Counted from the whole stretch's first letter, positions 1 to 13,539 are shown. The stretch is 63,207 nt of DNA, filler included, from Nemertoderma westbladi (GCA_032718475.1; 4 parts of 4 records of this genome joined end to end with filler, not necessarily neighbours in it); one strand, 5' to 3'. Notes: a model not told the origin generated them from the sequence alone. Numbers and translations: made by a program.

Positions 1-1849
1 GAATACGTTTAATTAATTTAACTGGGGACTGGGGATAAATGTTCGAGTTAAATTAATGTTGGTACTTACATAATAAAAAGTAAAATAAAACTAGTACAAA
101 TCATTACTTGATTTGAAGTCTCACATAAATAATTATTAGGTTAATTTGACTACATATAGTCTTAGGACGGAAAGTGGCGGAGCGGCTATTATCAATTTAA
201 TAGCCTACATCTTTATTATTTAAATACAGGTTAGTTATTATAGATATTGCATGCAATCGATTTGTGGGCATTTAATCTACCAAATATGGTGTTATTGCCT
301 AGTTGATTAAAAGAGGTTGGTAAGTATAACATGTAAAACCGATAGTAAATAACAGTATTAGGTTGTCCGAAAGTTAGTTCCGTTGACAGGTGAGTTATGG
401 GAAGTGCGCCGAGCCGAGCATCACCTTACGCGCTTTGGCGGTAGTGCGTGTCTGCGCGGCGCTGACGAAGTCTACACCCTGGATTACCGATGGTTGTGTG
501 ACATCTGATAGATTTTGATGTCGCCTGTCCCTTCCCTCGCTGAAAGTTTGTTTCTGGAGCCAACATCGCGTCGAGTAATCAATGTCGACTGGCCGGTCTA
601 TTTCCCCTTCCGATTAAATAATTAAATAATCATTGCCGTACCTCTGGGGTTTATAAAAAATTTCCTGTTAGGTATAATATAATACACGGTGGTGTTTTAC
701 TTTTGGCTAATTTATTTGTATCCGAAAAATATAATAATTAATAAAAATAATATATTAAAAGTAATATCCATCACAATGTAATTCTGTGTGCGCACAGTAA
801 AATATATATTGTTTAAATAAGGTGGACTGGCAATCTATCCCTTATTTTTGTGTCGTTTAATTTGAACAATTGTTTAAATCTTACTTATCTTACAACGCCA
901 GACCAAGCGGTGTGTGTCTTTTTTTGTATTTTTATATTAGTAGTATTAGTCGAATGTTGAAAGTTATACACAATAGTTAAATATAAAATATAGTTTATTT
1001 TGATGGAACAATGTTTATTGGAAGTAAATTTGATTTAAGTATTTTTATCATTTGTAGTGTGTGTCTATGTAGCATATGTATTTGTATGTACGTATATATT
1101 TTTAAACTGAAAGTATTTTCACCGCAAGGTCTGTATGTATATGTTCCAAGTATTTAGCATAGTGCATATCATTCGTAACATAAATATTATATTTTTTTGC
1201 GCCAAATTTATTTAGTGTGTAATTTTTTGTATTTTCATTAAAAAATTAGGGGACTGTACACGAATCCGGTTGTTGAATTATCAATCTCTATTCATAATGA
1301 GGAAATTTGCGGCGCATTGAATTTAAGAACCACCTTAATGGCCCTTTACTTATACACTGAACGGTAAACGGTAACCATGGCTACAGTTTTATCTGTGTTA
1401 GGCTTCATAATGAACAGTTAACTACAATGTCAGCTTACTGTTGTTGGATCTATTTGCACAGTGCGATTCCTCGCCCTGTGATTGGTTAAATGCTTAAATT
1501 GGATTCATTATTGGCTTACCAGTATTTAAGGCTGAGTTTATATAACATAATTGTTGTAGATGATTTTAGGACTAACGGTATATTATTTAGTTCCCAGGCA
1601 AGTACCACTCCTCAAAGTGGCTACTATTTCTTACCAGTTTATTTATGACGGTTTATCTATCAATATTGCAACTACTGTAACATTAAAATATACACTTTTA
1701 TTGTTCTAAGCATTATTAACTCTTGTTTTATTGGTACTAACCGAAACTGCGTATAAAGACAATGTATCCACTAACGAACTAATCCCCTGCATAAGTTGAC
1801 ACTTCCCGCAACACTTAGAAAAGGAGCCCGGATTACACCCGGAATTGTG

Positions 1850-3783
1850 TATACCAGACCCGGGTATTAGCTGATACATATAACAGACCCTGGTACTAGC
1901 TGATACATATAACATACTCTGGTACTAGTTGATACATATAACAGGACCCTGGTATTAGTTGTTCCATATAACAGACCCTGGTATTAGCTGAGACATATAA
2001 CAGACTCTGGTACTAGCTGATACATATAACAGACCCTGGTATTAGCTGATATATATAACAGACCCTGGCATTAGTTGATCCATATAACAGACCCTGGTAT
2101 TAGCTGAGACATATAACAGACTCTGGTATTAGCTGACACATATAACAGACCCTGGCATTAGCTGATATACATAAGAGTCCCTGGTGGTATTAGCTGATAC
2201 ATATAACAGACCCTGGTACTATAGCTGATACATATAACAGACCCTGGTATTAGTTGATCCATATAACAGACCCTGGTACTAGCTGATCCACATACCAGAC
2301 CCTGGTACTAGCTGATACATATAACAGACCCTGGTACTAGCTGATACATATAACAGACTCTGGTATTAGCTGATCCATATAACAGACCCTGGTATTAGCT
2401 GATACATATAACAGATTCTGATACTAGCTGATACATATAACAGACTCTGGTACTAGCTGATCCACATACTAGACCCTGGTAATAGCTGATACATATAACA
2501 GACCCTGGTACTAGCTGATACATATAACAGACTCTGGTACTAGTTGATTGATACATATAACAGACCCTGGTATTAGCTGATACATAAAACAGACCCTGGT
2601 ATTAGCTGATACATATAACAGACTCTGGTACTAGTTGATTGATACATATAACAGACCCTGGTATTAGCTGATACATATAACAGACCCTGGTATTAGCTGA
2701 TACATATAACAGACCCTGGTACTAGCTGATACATATAACAGACCCTGGTATTAGCTGATATATATAACAGACCCTGGTATTAGTTGTTCCATATAACAGA
2801 CCCTGGTATTAGCTGAGACATATAACAGACTCTGGTACTAGCTGATACATATAACACACCCTGGTATTAGCTGATATATATAACAGACCCTGGCATTAGT
2901 TGATCCATATAACAGACCCTGGCATTAGCTGATATACATAAGAGTCCCTGGTGGTATTAGCTGGTACATATAACAGACCCTGGCATTAGTTGATCCATAT
3001 AACAGTCCCTGGCATTAGCTGATATACATAAAAGTCCCTGGTGGTATTAGCTGATACATATAACAGACCCTGGTACTATAGCTGATACATATAACAGACC
3101 CTGGTACTATAGCTGATACATATAACAAACCCTGGTATTAGCTGATACATATAACAGACTCTGGTACTAGCTGATACATATAACAGACTCTGGTACTAGC
3201 TGATACATATAACAGACTCTGGTACTAGCTGAAACTTATAACAGATACTGGTATTAGCTGATCCACATACCAGACCCTGGTACTCCATATTACAGACCCT
3301 GGTATTAGCTGATCCATAACAGACCCTGGTACAGTATTAGCTGATACATATAACAGACCCTGGTATTAGCTGATACATAACAGGCCCTGGTATTAACTGG
3401 TACATATAACAGACCCTGGTATTAGCTGATCCATATTACAGACCCTGGTATTAGCTGATCCATAACAGACCCTGGTACAGTATTAGCTGATACATATAAC
3501 AGACCCTGGTATTAGCTGATACATAACAGGCCCTGGTATTAACTGGTACATATAACAGACCCTGGTATTAGCTGATCCATATTACAGACCCTGGTATTAG
3601 TTGATCCATATAACAGACCCTGGTATTAGTTGATCCATATAACAGACCCTGGTATTGGCTGATGCATATAACAGACCCTAGTATTAGTTGATCCATATAA
3701 CAGACCCTGGTATTAGCTGATCCATATAACATATCGATACCCTGGTATTGGCTGATGCATAACAGACCCAAATATTAGCTGAT
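1850..3783. repeat. Minisatellite, ~29-bp unit (gtattagctgatacatataacagaccctg), ~65 copies
   Basis: Tandem unit directly visible; ends ~25 bp before the acceptor of the exon at 3810. Confidence 0.97.
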
Positions 3784-3809
3784 CTTTATATTTATTTTAT
3801 TTCTTACAG

Positions 3810-3986
3810 CGAATCCACTCGGCCCAAGGCCCCCGGGCACCCCTACCTACTCCCAGACAAGTCGACAATGTATTTCCTCCAAGTTTAACTGTAAACCTTA
3901 ACCGATTATTGAAGCATGGCACAGCTGCGAGTCGTAGCAGAGACTGGGAAATTCAATTGCTTACCGATACAAATATCCAACGAAAA
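3810..3986 (+). CDS. Internal coding exon A of a spliced gene (tentatively LRRIQ3-like)
   Basis: Polypyrimidine tract ttattttatttcttacAG acceptor, GTAAGT donor, 177 nt open in one frame only (RIHSAQGPRAPLP...LLTDTNIQRK), phase 0-0, compatible with the next exon. Confidence 0.7.
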
Positions 3987-4159
3987 GTAAGTTATTTTTC
4001 GGAAAGAGAGAGAGTAAATCAAATTTATGCATATAGATGGATTTTATCGGTTACACTAGTTTTCGTGAAAGAGATATGTACGTACATTGTACATCTCCGT
4101 TATTTATGGGCAGGAAATTTTGCCTCGCTGGAAATTTGACTACCCATAGAAAATGCTAT

Positions 4160-5670
4160 TAAAAGGGGAGGGGGGAGGTTCACATTTTACGTGTCAAAAA
4201 ACATCAAAAATGTTTTTTTGCCGATTTTCGTGCAGAAGGTAAAAATAATTTGAAAAAATGTAAGAATAAGTAAACATTATTTAACAGAAAAAATGTGTTA
4301 CCTGACAGATACTGTAGGCCGGTACTGTAGGCCGGTACTGTAGGCCGGTACTGTAGGCCGATACTGTAGGCCGATACTGTAGGTCGGTACTGTAGGCCGG
4401 TACTGTAGGCCGGTACTGTAGGTCGGTACTGTAGGCCGGTACTGTAGGCCGGTACTGTAGGCCGGTACTGTAGGCCGGTACTGTAGGTCAATACTGTAGG
4501 CCGATTCTGTAGGCCGGTACTGTAGGCCGGTACTGTAGGCCGGTACTGTAGGCCGGTACTGTAGACCGGTACTGTAGGCCGATACTGTAGGCCGGTACTG
4601 TAGGCCGATACTGTAGGCCGGTACTGTAGGCCGGTACTGTAGGCCGATACTGTAGGCCGGTACTGTAGGACTGTAGGCCGGTACTGTAGGCCGGCACTGT
4701 AGGACGGTACTGTAGGCCGATACTGTAGGTCGGTACTGTAGGCCGGTACTGTAGGTCGTTACTGTAGGCCGGTACTGTAGGCCGGTACTGTAGGCCGATA
4801 CTGTAGGCCGGTACTGTAGGTCGGTACTGTAGGTCGGTACTGTATGCCGGTACTGTAGGCCGGTTCTGTAGGCCGGTACTGTAGGCCGATACTGTAGGCC
4901 GATACTGTAGGTCGGTACTGTAGGCCGGTACTGTAGGCCGGTACTGTAGGTCATACAGACAGACTAGGAACACATCTGGCCAAATATAAAAACTTACATA
5001 TCAAATAAAATCACCGGCCATGAAAACCCCATTAGCAAAAATTGCCTATGTCTGTTCCCGCATTTGTGGCGTATCAAGTAGAAACGTATAGTATAAAAAA
5101 AAGCGTTCTGAGAAAAACGCATTTAAAGTTTTATGATATGTTTATTTTGCTTCTTGCAGACCCTATGGACTAGAACGATAGTTTCTGACTCAAAATTTTA
5201 CGAGGAATCCGAAAATTTTGATTTAAACCACGTAGACGCAATCCTTTGTTCGCAAATGTCAGACAGGCGAACAGACAGACTAGATTTCGTGAAATGTGAA
5301 AACTGACATCAGAAATTGATTCATGAACCCGAGAAACCCCCATAGCGAGAATTTTAGTTAGTTTGTATGTTTTCTTAATGTTTGACGGACAGTCTGACAA
5401 AAAGACGGACAAACAGACAGGCGGACAGACTTTTATAGATTCCATGAATTGTGAAAACTGATATCGGAAATGAATAGTATGCTTTTTTAATGTTTGACAT
5501 ACAGTCTGACAGACAGACAGACAAACGGACAGACTGTCTTTATTACGTGAAATGTGAAAACTGACATCTGATTTGAAATCACGAACCCAAAAAACCTCTA
5601 TAGCGAGAATTTTAGTTAGCCTGTATTCTATTTTAATGTTTGACAGACAAACAGACAGACAGACAGAAAT
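4160..5670. mobile_element. Degenerate non-autonomous DNA element with (gaca)n tracts, related to the 20.1-20.5 kb element
   Basis: Repeated module aaactgacatcagaaat...gaaacccccatagcgagaat (5300, 5560) is also present reverse-complemented at 20350-20405. Confidence 0.4.
4310..4952. repeat. Minisatellite, 13-bp unit (tactgtaggccgg), ~49 copies
   Basis: Directly visible; explains the spurious 'YSTGLQYRPTVP' ORFs. Confidence 0.97.
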
Positions 5671-5740
5671 ATGAATGGATGTCTGGTGTCGTTTTGAACT
5701 CTGAACTCGTTTTGAAGAAATTATGAGCGATTACCCTTTA

Positions 5741-5978
5741 AAAAAAAAAAGCAATCAGTCGGCCGAAGCCGGAGGCAACCCGAAGGCTCCTCTTTCGATA
5801 GCTGCTTCCCGAGTGTAGGGGTGGGCGCTACTCCTATCCCAAGATTTGCTCCCAGTTATTTAACTGGTACTCATTTTATCGACCCCAGTGGATGAAAGCT
5901 GAGTGGACCCTGGCGGGGCTGAACCTACAACCAATAGATTGCAGGCCCGGCGCTCAACCAACTGAGCTACCCCGCCTT
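5741..5978 (-). mobile_element. tRNA-derived SINE, apparently full length, with TSD
   Basis: Minus strand begins aggcggggTAGCTCAGTTGG (A box)...GGTTCAGCCCC (B-box-like), then a gtccactcagctttcatcc...gtcgataaaatgagtaccag body typical of invertebrate SINEs, then an RTE-like tail. Flanked by gattacccttta / gattaccattta (12-bp TSD, 1 mismatch). Confidence 0.85.
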
Positions 5979-6690
5979 GATTACCATTTAGTTTTCGTAA
6001 AATTTCTCCAAAATTGAAAATGAAGAAGATAAGTGTTATACCACTAGAGATAGCACGAAAAATTCTATACCAGAATCGACCATAAAAGAAAATTCGATTT
6101 TTCTGAAACTATAAGTTTCTACTTGAAACGACACATTTGATAATTATCAATTAAACCAGATGGAAAAAGTCGATTTTGTGCGGGAAGGTTTTTTAACTTT
6201 AAATGTATTTTACTCACAATTATTATTACTCGTTTTTGAGTTTTTGACTCAAAATGCAACTCGTCCATCATTTTAATTTATTCGTTTGAAATTTTCAAAC
6301 CGGTAGACATTTTGACCAATGAATTTCAAGACCTAATTTGAATTTTTTAGCTCGCATGTGTTGTTTTTGGCCGATAATTTGACGAAATGCATTATGGTTT
6401 AAATTACAAATTCTGATCAAAATTTCACTAATTTTTTATAAGATCTGGGAAGCAACTGTGCATTGCTGCCTATTGATATATTTGAAGTTAACTCGACTTA
6501 AATTCAAGGAGCCTTAGAATTTTCACTTAAGACCAGAAAAATTTGAATATAATTGTCGGGAATTTAAAAATATATTTTACCCATGGAATACATATCATGA
6601 GGTAACCACAGTTAGTATATTTTATATATAATTTCAGTGCCAATATGCAATCTAAAACTCTTTTAACGTTCGATTTTTATACCATTTTAG

Positions 6691-6835
6691 AGCGAACGCA
6701 GTCCTACTCGCATTCTTGGTACGCAACTTATCACGCGATCTCGATCACCCAGTCCCCATCTGACTCCCAGTCGCGTTTCCACGGCTACCACCGCGCGACC
6801 ACTGTCAACAGAAGTTGTGGGATTTCGTCTGCGAG
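6691..6835 (+). CDS. Internal coding exon B (tentatively LRRIQ3-like)
   Basis: cattttAG acceptor, 145 nt open (SERSPTRILGTQLITRSRSPSP...VVGFRLR), phase 0-1; the GT donor (gttatc) is weak. Confidence 0.65.
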
Positions 6836-7196
6836 GTTATCTCTATAAAAACACACATTTTAGATATTTTCTAAATTTTATTTATATTGATTTGGTAAAC
6901 GTTGCAATGTAAGTGTCCATCCAGTTTAGTAGGCCTACTTTTAGGTTGGAAGGAACTGTAGATCTTTCAGCTGGAAGTACAGTATGAAATAGCCCAATCA
7001 AAATACGGATCCGGATATACAGTATGTGTATCCAAAACGCTGGCGAATGAAATTTAAATGGAATTGGTTCTGGGGATCACTAAATTTCGCATTCACTTTA
7101 TGACTCCTTTTTCTATACTGTGTACCAATATGCATTCCCTAGAATTATAACTACCGGTGGCAAATAATTTTGGACATAAAAAATCGAAGCACAAAG

Positions 7197-10100
7197 CAGG
7201 AACATGTTCGGTGTTCCATTAGCCATATATCGGGAACATGTTGACATATTTAATTACTTACCGAACAGGAGCATGTAGGCATATTTCATTAGTTACCAAA
7301 AGGAACATGTAGACATATTTAATTACTTACCGAACAGGAGCATGTAGGCATATTTCATTAGTTACCAAAAGGAACATGTAGACATATTTAATTAGTTACC
7401 AAACAGGAACATGTAGACATATTTAATTAGTTACCAAACAGGAACATGTAGGCATATTTAATTAGTTACCAAACAGGAACATGTAGGCATATTTAATTAG
7501 TTGCCAAACCCGAACATGTATGCATATTTCATTAGTTACCAAAAGAAACATGTAGATATATTTAATTACTTAACAACCAGGAACAGGAAGACATATTTAA
7601 TTAGTTACCAAACAGGCACAAGTAGACATATTTCATTAGTTACCAAAAGGAACATGTAGACATATTTAATTACTTACCAACCAGGAACAGGAAGACATAT
7701 TTATTTAGTTACCAAACAGGCCAAGTAGACATATTTAATTAGTTACCAAACAGGAACATGTAAGCATATTTATTTAGTTGTCAAACCCGAACATGTAGGC
7801 ATATTTCATTAGTTACCAAAAGAAACATGTAGACATATTTCATTAGTTACCAAAATGAACATGTAGACATATTTAATTAATTACCGAACAGGAACATGTA
7901 GGCATATTTAATTACTTACCGAACAGGAGCATGTAGGCATAATTCATTAGTTACCAAAAGGAACATGTAGGCGTATTTAATTAGTTGCCAAACCGGTACA
8001 TGTAGGCATATATATTAGTTACCAAACAGGAACATGTAGGTATATTTCATCAGTTACCAAACAGGAACATGTAGGCATATTCCATCAGTTACCAAAAGGA
8101 AGATGTAGGCGTATTTAATTAGTTGCCAAACCGGTACATGTAGGCATATTTCATTAGTTACCAAACAGGAACATGTTGACATATTAATCAGTTACCAAAC
8201 AGGAACATGTAGGCATATTTCATCAGTTACCAAGAGGAACATGTAGGCGTATTTAATTAGTTGCCAAACCGGTACATGTAGGCATATTTCATTAGTTACC
8301 CAAAGGAACATGTAGGCGTATTTAATTAGTTTCCAAACCGGAACATGTAGGCATATTCCATCAGTTACCAAACAGGAACATGTTGACATATTAATCAGTT
8401 ACCAAACAGGAACATGTAGGCATATTCCATCAGTTACCAAAAGGAACATGTAGACATTTTTCAATAGTTACCAAACAAGAACATGTAGGCATATTTCATC
8501 AGTTACCGAACAGGAACATGTAGGCATATTTGATCAGTTGCCAAACAGGAACATGTAGGCATATTTAATCAGTTGCCAAACACGAACATGTAGGCATATT
8601 TCATTAGTTACCAAAAGAAACATGTAGATATATTTAATTAGTTACCAAAAGGAACATGTAGACATTTCATTAGTTACCAAAAGGAACATGTAGACATATT
8701 TAATTACTTACGAAGCAGGAACAGGTAGTCATATTTAATTAGTTACCAAACAGGAACATGTAGACATATTTAATTAGTTGCCAAACCGGAACATGTATGC
8801 ATATTTCATTAGTTACCAAAAGGAACATGTAGACATATTTCATTAGTTACCAAAATTAACATGTAGACATATTTAATTATTTACCAAACAGGAATATGTA
8901 GACATATTTAATTACTTACCAAGCAGGAACATGTATACATATTTATTTAGTTGCCAAACCGGAACATTGGCCTATTTCATTAGTTGCCAAAAGAAACATG
9001 TAGACATATTTCATTATTTACCAAAAGGAACGAACATGTAGACATATTTAATTACTTACCAAACAGGAACATGTAGGTATATTTAATTATAGTTGCCAAA
9101 CGGGAACATGTAGGTATATTTCATCAGTTACCAAATAGACATATTTCAATAGTTACCAAACAAGAACATGTAGGTGTATTTAATTAGTTACCGTAAAGGA
9201 ACATGTAGGCATATTTAATTACTTAACGAACAGGAACATGTAGGCGTATTAAAATAGTTACCAAAAGGAACATGTAGGCGTATTTAATTAGTTACGGACA
9301 TGAACATGTAGGCATATTTAATTACTTACCGAACAGGAATATGTAGGCATATTAAAATAGTTACCAAACAGGAACATGTAGACATATTTAATTAGTTGCC
9401 ACCCGGAACATGTAGTCATATTTAATTAGTTACGGACAGGAACATGTAGGCATATTTAATTACTTACCGAACAGGAATATGTGGGCATATTAAAATAGTT
9501 ACCAAAAGGAACATGTAGACATATTTCATTAGTTACCAAAAGGAACATGTAGACATATTTAGTTGCTTACAAAACAGAAACATGTAGACATATTTAATTA
9601 GTTGCCAAACCGGTACATGTAGGCATATTTCATTAGTTACCAAACAGGAACATGTAGGCGTATTTAATTAGTTACGGACAGGAACATGTAGGCATATTTA
9701 ATTACTTACCGTACAGGAACATCTAGGCATATTTAATTACTTACCGTACAGGAACATGTAGGCATATTTAATTAGTTACCAAAAGAATATGTAGGCATAT
9801 TGCATTAGTTACCAAAAGAAACATGTAGACATATTTCATTAGTTACCAAAATAAACATGTAGATATATTTCATTAGTTTCCAAACAGGAGCATGTAGGTA
9901 TATTTCATCAGATACCAAACAGGAGCATGTAGGCGTATTTCATTACTTAACAAACAGGAACATGTAGGCGTATTTAATTAGTTACCGTACAGGAACATAT
10001 AGGCATATTTGATTACTTACCGTACAGGAACATGTAGGCATATTTAATTACTTACCGAACAGGAGCATGTAGGCATATTTCATCAGTTACCAAATAGAAA

Positions 10101-10268
10101 CATGTAGGCATATTTCATCAGTTACCAAATAGGAACATGTAGGCATATTTCATTAGTTACTCAACATGAACATGTAGGCATGTTTCATTAGTTACTCAAA
10201 AGGAACATATTGGCATATTTCATCAGTTACCAAACCGGAACATGTGGGCATATTTCAATAGTTACTCA
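7197..10268. repeat. Minisatellite, 34-35-bp unit (caggaacatgtaggcatatttaattagttaccaaa), ~85-90 diverged copies
   Basis: Directly visible. Confidence 0.97.
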
Positions 10269-10370
10269 AATAAATAAATTGGAGTTGAGCTGTTAATGCA
10301 ACTGTAATTAAAGATGTAATATTATGATTTTGTTCAGAAATGGAAAAAATGAGAAAGCACGTCACCGGGG

Positions 10371-10436
10371 GTTGAACCAGCGCTATACGTACGTTTCAGC
10401 CTATCAGGCCTCATCAGTAGCGCTAACCAGTTCAGC
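10371..10436 (-). ncRNA. Minimal type I hammerhead ribozyme (Penelope-like element/retrozyme type)
   Basis: Minus strand: AGCGCUA-CUGAUGA-GGCCU gau AGGCU-GAAA-C guac G-UA-UAGCGCU. Stem I (7 bp, extendable past a bulge), conserved CUGAUGA and GAAA cores, stem II, palindromic minimal stem III, GUA cleavage triplet. Confidence 0.9.
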
Positions 10437-11336
10437 CACTTGTCCCTGACATTCACTATCCCACCTAATCCACTTCTATTGAACAGGCAGTCTTAAGTTG
10501 CATATCCTATCTCTAACAGCGGACCTTTGACATACCGGCCTCAAGTGTGTTAGAGTGAAACAGGAGGAAAGTACAAATAAGTAAATATTCAGCTCGAGTA
10601 TTGCTGCCAGGTGATATTAAATAAATAAATTAGAATTAGGATATGCAAGTTAAGACAGGAACATGTCCTGGGAACTGCAATTACTATATTAATTAAGTGT
10701 AGTTGAGTTGAGTGAGAGAGCGGGTGGGCCACCACGGCCCGTTGTCACTATATTCTAACTAACACGTGTGAAACTGTCGGGGTCCCTTGGGACGACTTGA
10801 TTATTCGATACGGCCCAGCAGCACCTAGGAGAGATTGCTGGGGTTTTACATGTAAAATCGCTTAAATTAAATCTACCTTGGTGTCGCTTTTTTATAGGCC
10901 TACAGATTGGCTTTAACTGCATGCATAGGCCTACTGTTTCGGTCGCAGTTTCCAAGATGAAGGTCAAAATCTTATCATCCGTTGTGTTAAGGATTAGGCC
11001 TATTGCGTAATAGTGATTACCGGCCAACCGATTACCGATTACCGACCGTTTTTTTTTATGATTATAATTGCCGTACTTTGCGAATGACATTTCTTTAAAT
11101 TACCCCTACTGGGATGTGTCATGAACTGCTGCGTCTATACAGTTCAAATGACAGGTCATCCAACGACGGGTATAAAATGGTGGTTCAAAGTGGCGATACG
11201 TATTTAATTCCTGTTTAAATTAAATCTCGTGTTATAAAAACTGTCGGATGAAGTTTATTTTTAATTATAATTTATTATTTACTTGCATTGTATAGACTTT
11301 CATTGGAGTAGGTTCTACATGTTCTATTTACTATAG

Positions 11337-11487
11337 GATATAGGGAACCGGTCAAGGAGCTAGACAGACTGGCTGAGTTGTTTATCAGTAAGAGAGAAGC
11401 TGGTGCGACTGTTCGAGAGAGTCACATCGAATTCCACGAAACGGCTGCTTTAGAGGATAAACCACGAGTGGAGCCTACGGACATGTT
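11337..11487 (+). CDS. Internal coding exon C (tentatively LRRIQ3-like)
   Basis: tatttactatAG acceptor, GTGCGT donor, phase 1-2. Joined reading ...GFRLRGYREPVKELDRLAELFISKREAGATVRESHIEFHE... resembles, from recall, the LRRIQ3 'L(I/L)SRREAG.DVR..I..FH' block. Confidence 0.72.
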
Positions 11488-11643
11488 GTGCGTTACTAAT
11501 TAGTGTTATTGCAGCCTTTTATCACATTTTATGCTGGTAATTCGAAAATAGTCCCAGCGGTACGTAGCGCTGCGGCTCTCAGCTGCACTCAGCGGCGGTG
11601 CAGCGGCTGCAAACCGCTTAACTCTATCTAATCTACTTCAAGT

Positions 11644-13268
11644 CGCTACCTGTAGCAACGTGTAGCTGGGTTCCGCTACCTGTCGCAACGTGTAGCGGCT
11701 AGGTGCCGCTACCTGTAGCAACGTGTAGCTGGGTTCCGCTACCTGTCGCAACGTGTAGCTGGGTTCCGCTACCTGTAGCAACGTGAAGCTGGGTTCCGCT
11801 TCCTGTCGCAACGTGTAGCTGCTAGGTGTCGCTACCTTCAGCAACGTGAAGCTAGGTGCCGCTACCTGCAGCAACGTGTAGCTGCTAGATGCCGCTACCT
11901 GCAGCAACGTGTAACTAGGTGCCGCTACCTGCAGCAACGTGTAGCTGCTAGATGCCGCTACCTGCAGCAACGTGTAGCTAGGTGCCGCTACCTGCAGCAA
12001 CGTGTAGCTGCTAGATGCCGCTACCTTCAGCAACGTGTAGTAGGTGCCGCTACCTACAGCAACGTGTAGCTGCTAGGTTCCGCTACCTGTAGCAACGTGT
12101 AGCTGGGTTCCGCTACCTGTCGCAACGTGTAGCTGCTAGGTGCCGCTACCTACAGCAACGTGTAGCTGCTAGGTGCCGCTACCTGCAGCAACGTGTAGCT
12201 GCTAGGTGCCGCTACCTGCAGCAACGTGTAGCTGTTAGATAACGCTACCTGTAGCAACGTGTAGCTGCTAGGTGCCGCTAATGCAGCAACGTGTAGCTAG
12301 GTGCCGCTACCTGCAGCAACGTGTAGCTAGGTGCCGCTACCTGCAGCAACGTGTAGCTGCTAGATGCCGCTACCTTCAGCAACATGTAGCTAGATGCCGC
12401 TACCTTCAGCAACATGTAGCTAGGTGCCGCTACCTGCAGCAACGTGTAGCTGCTAGGTGCCGCTACCTGCAGCAACGTGTAGCTGCTAGGTGCCGGTACC
12501 AGCAGCAACGTGTAGCAGCTAGATGCCGCTACCTGTAGCAACGTGTAGCTGGGTTCCGCTACCTGTCGCAACGTATAGCTGCTAGGTGCCGCTACCTGTA
12601 GCAACGTGTAGCTGGGTTCAGCTACCTGTCGCAACGTGTAGCTTCTAGGTGTCGCTACCTTCAGCAACGTGTAGCTAGGTGCCGCTACCTGCAGCAACGT
12701 GTAGCTGCTAGGTGCCGCTACCTGCAGCAACGTGTAGCTGCTAGGTGCCGCTACCTGCAGCAACGTGTAGCTAGGTGCCGCTACCTGTAGCAACGTGTAG
12801 CTAGGACCCGCTACCTGTCGCAACGTGTAGCTGGGTTCCGCTATCTGCAGCAACGTGTAGCTGCTAGATACCGCTACCTGCAGCAACGTGTAGCTGCTAG
12901 ATGCCGCTACCTGCAGCAACGTTTAGATAGGTGCCGCTACCTGTAACAACGTGTAGCTAGGTCCCGCTACCTGTCGCAACGTGTAGCTGCTAGATGCCGC
13001 TACCTGCAGCAACGTGTAGCTGCTAGATGTCGCTACCTGCAGCAACGTGTAGCTAGGTGCTGCTACCTGCAGCAACGTGTAGCTAGGTCCCGCTACCTGT
13101 CGCAACGTGTAGCTGGGTTCCGCTATCTGCAGCAACGTGTAGCTGCTAGATTCCGCTACCTGCATCAACGTGTAGCTGCTAGATGCCGCTACCTACAGCA
13201 ACGTGTAGCTAGGTGCCGCTACCTGCAGCAACGTGTAGCTAGGTGCCGCTACCTGCAGCAACGTGTAG
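11644..13268. repeat. Minisatellite, 30/33-bp unit (gccgctacctgcagcaacgtgtagct[gct]aggt), ~50 copies
   Basis: Directly visible; units are multiples of 3, giving long spurious ORFs. Confidence 0.97.
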
Positions 13269-13415
13269 CGAGCTGGACGTGGATAATTGTTTTCATTTTT
13301 TATACTTCTATAACGCCATAGGCTGGTTGGCTGTTAAATATTTCTCGTGAAGCAATAGTTGAAGGGGACAATCGTATCACTCTCTAATACTATACTGTAT
13401 AAATATTTATTGCAG

Positions 13416-13539
13416 GGGATTGGAAGAGAGAAAATTCCTGGCGTTGCATGGTTGCATGGGATTGAGTACATTAATGGCAGTTGATGCGGCTTACAAACAG
13501 AGAGATAAAGAGCTCCAGTTACAAAACAACCAGTCGAAA
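13416..13539 (+). CDS. Internal coding exon D (tentatively LRRIQ3-like)
   Basis: tttattgcAG acceptor, GTTAGT donor, phase 2-0. GLEERKFLALHGCMGLSTLMAVDAAYKQRDKELQ resembles, from recall, the LRRIQ3 'HG.MGL..L.AV..AY..R' motif. Confidence 0.72.

Noticed and set aside
5905-5978. tRNA gene on the minus strand
   Set aside because: Imperfect T-arm/B box, continuous with a SINE body and bounded by a TSD; it is a SINE head.
10720-10895. GC-rich structured stretch ending in T6, possible Pol III RNA
   Set aside because: No recognisable promoter boxes or family motifs; needs an Rfam search.
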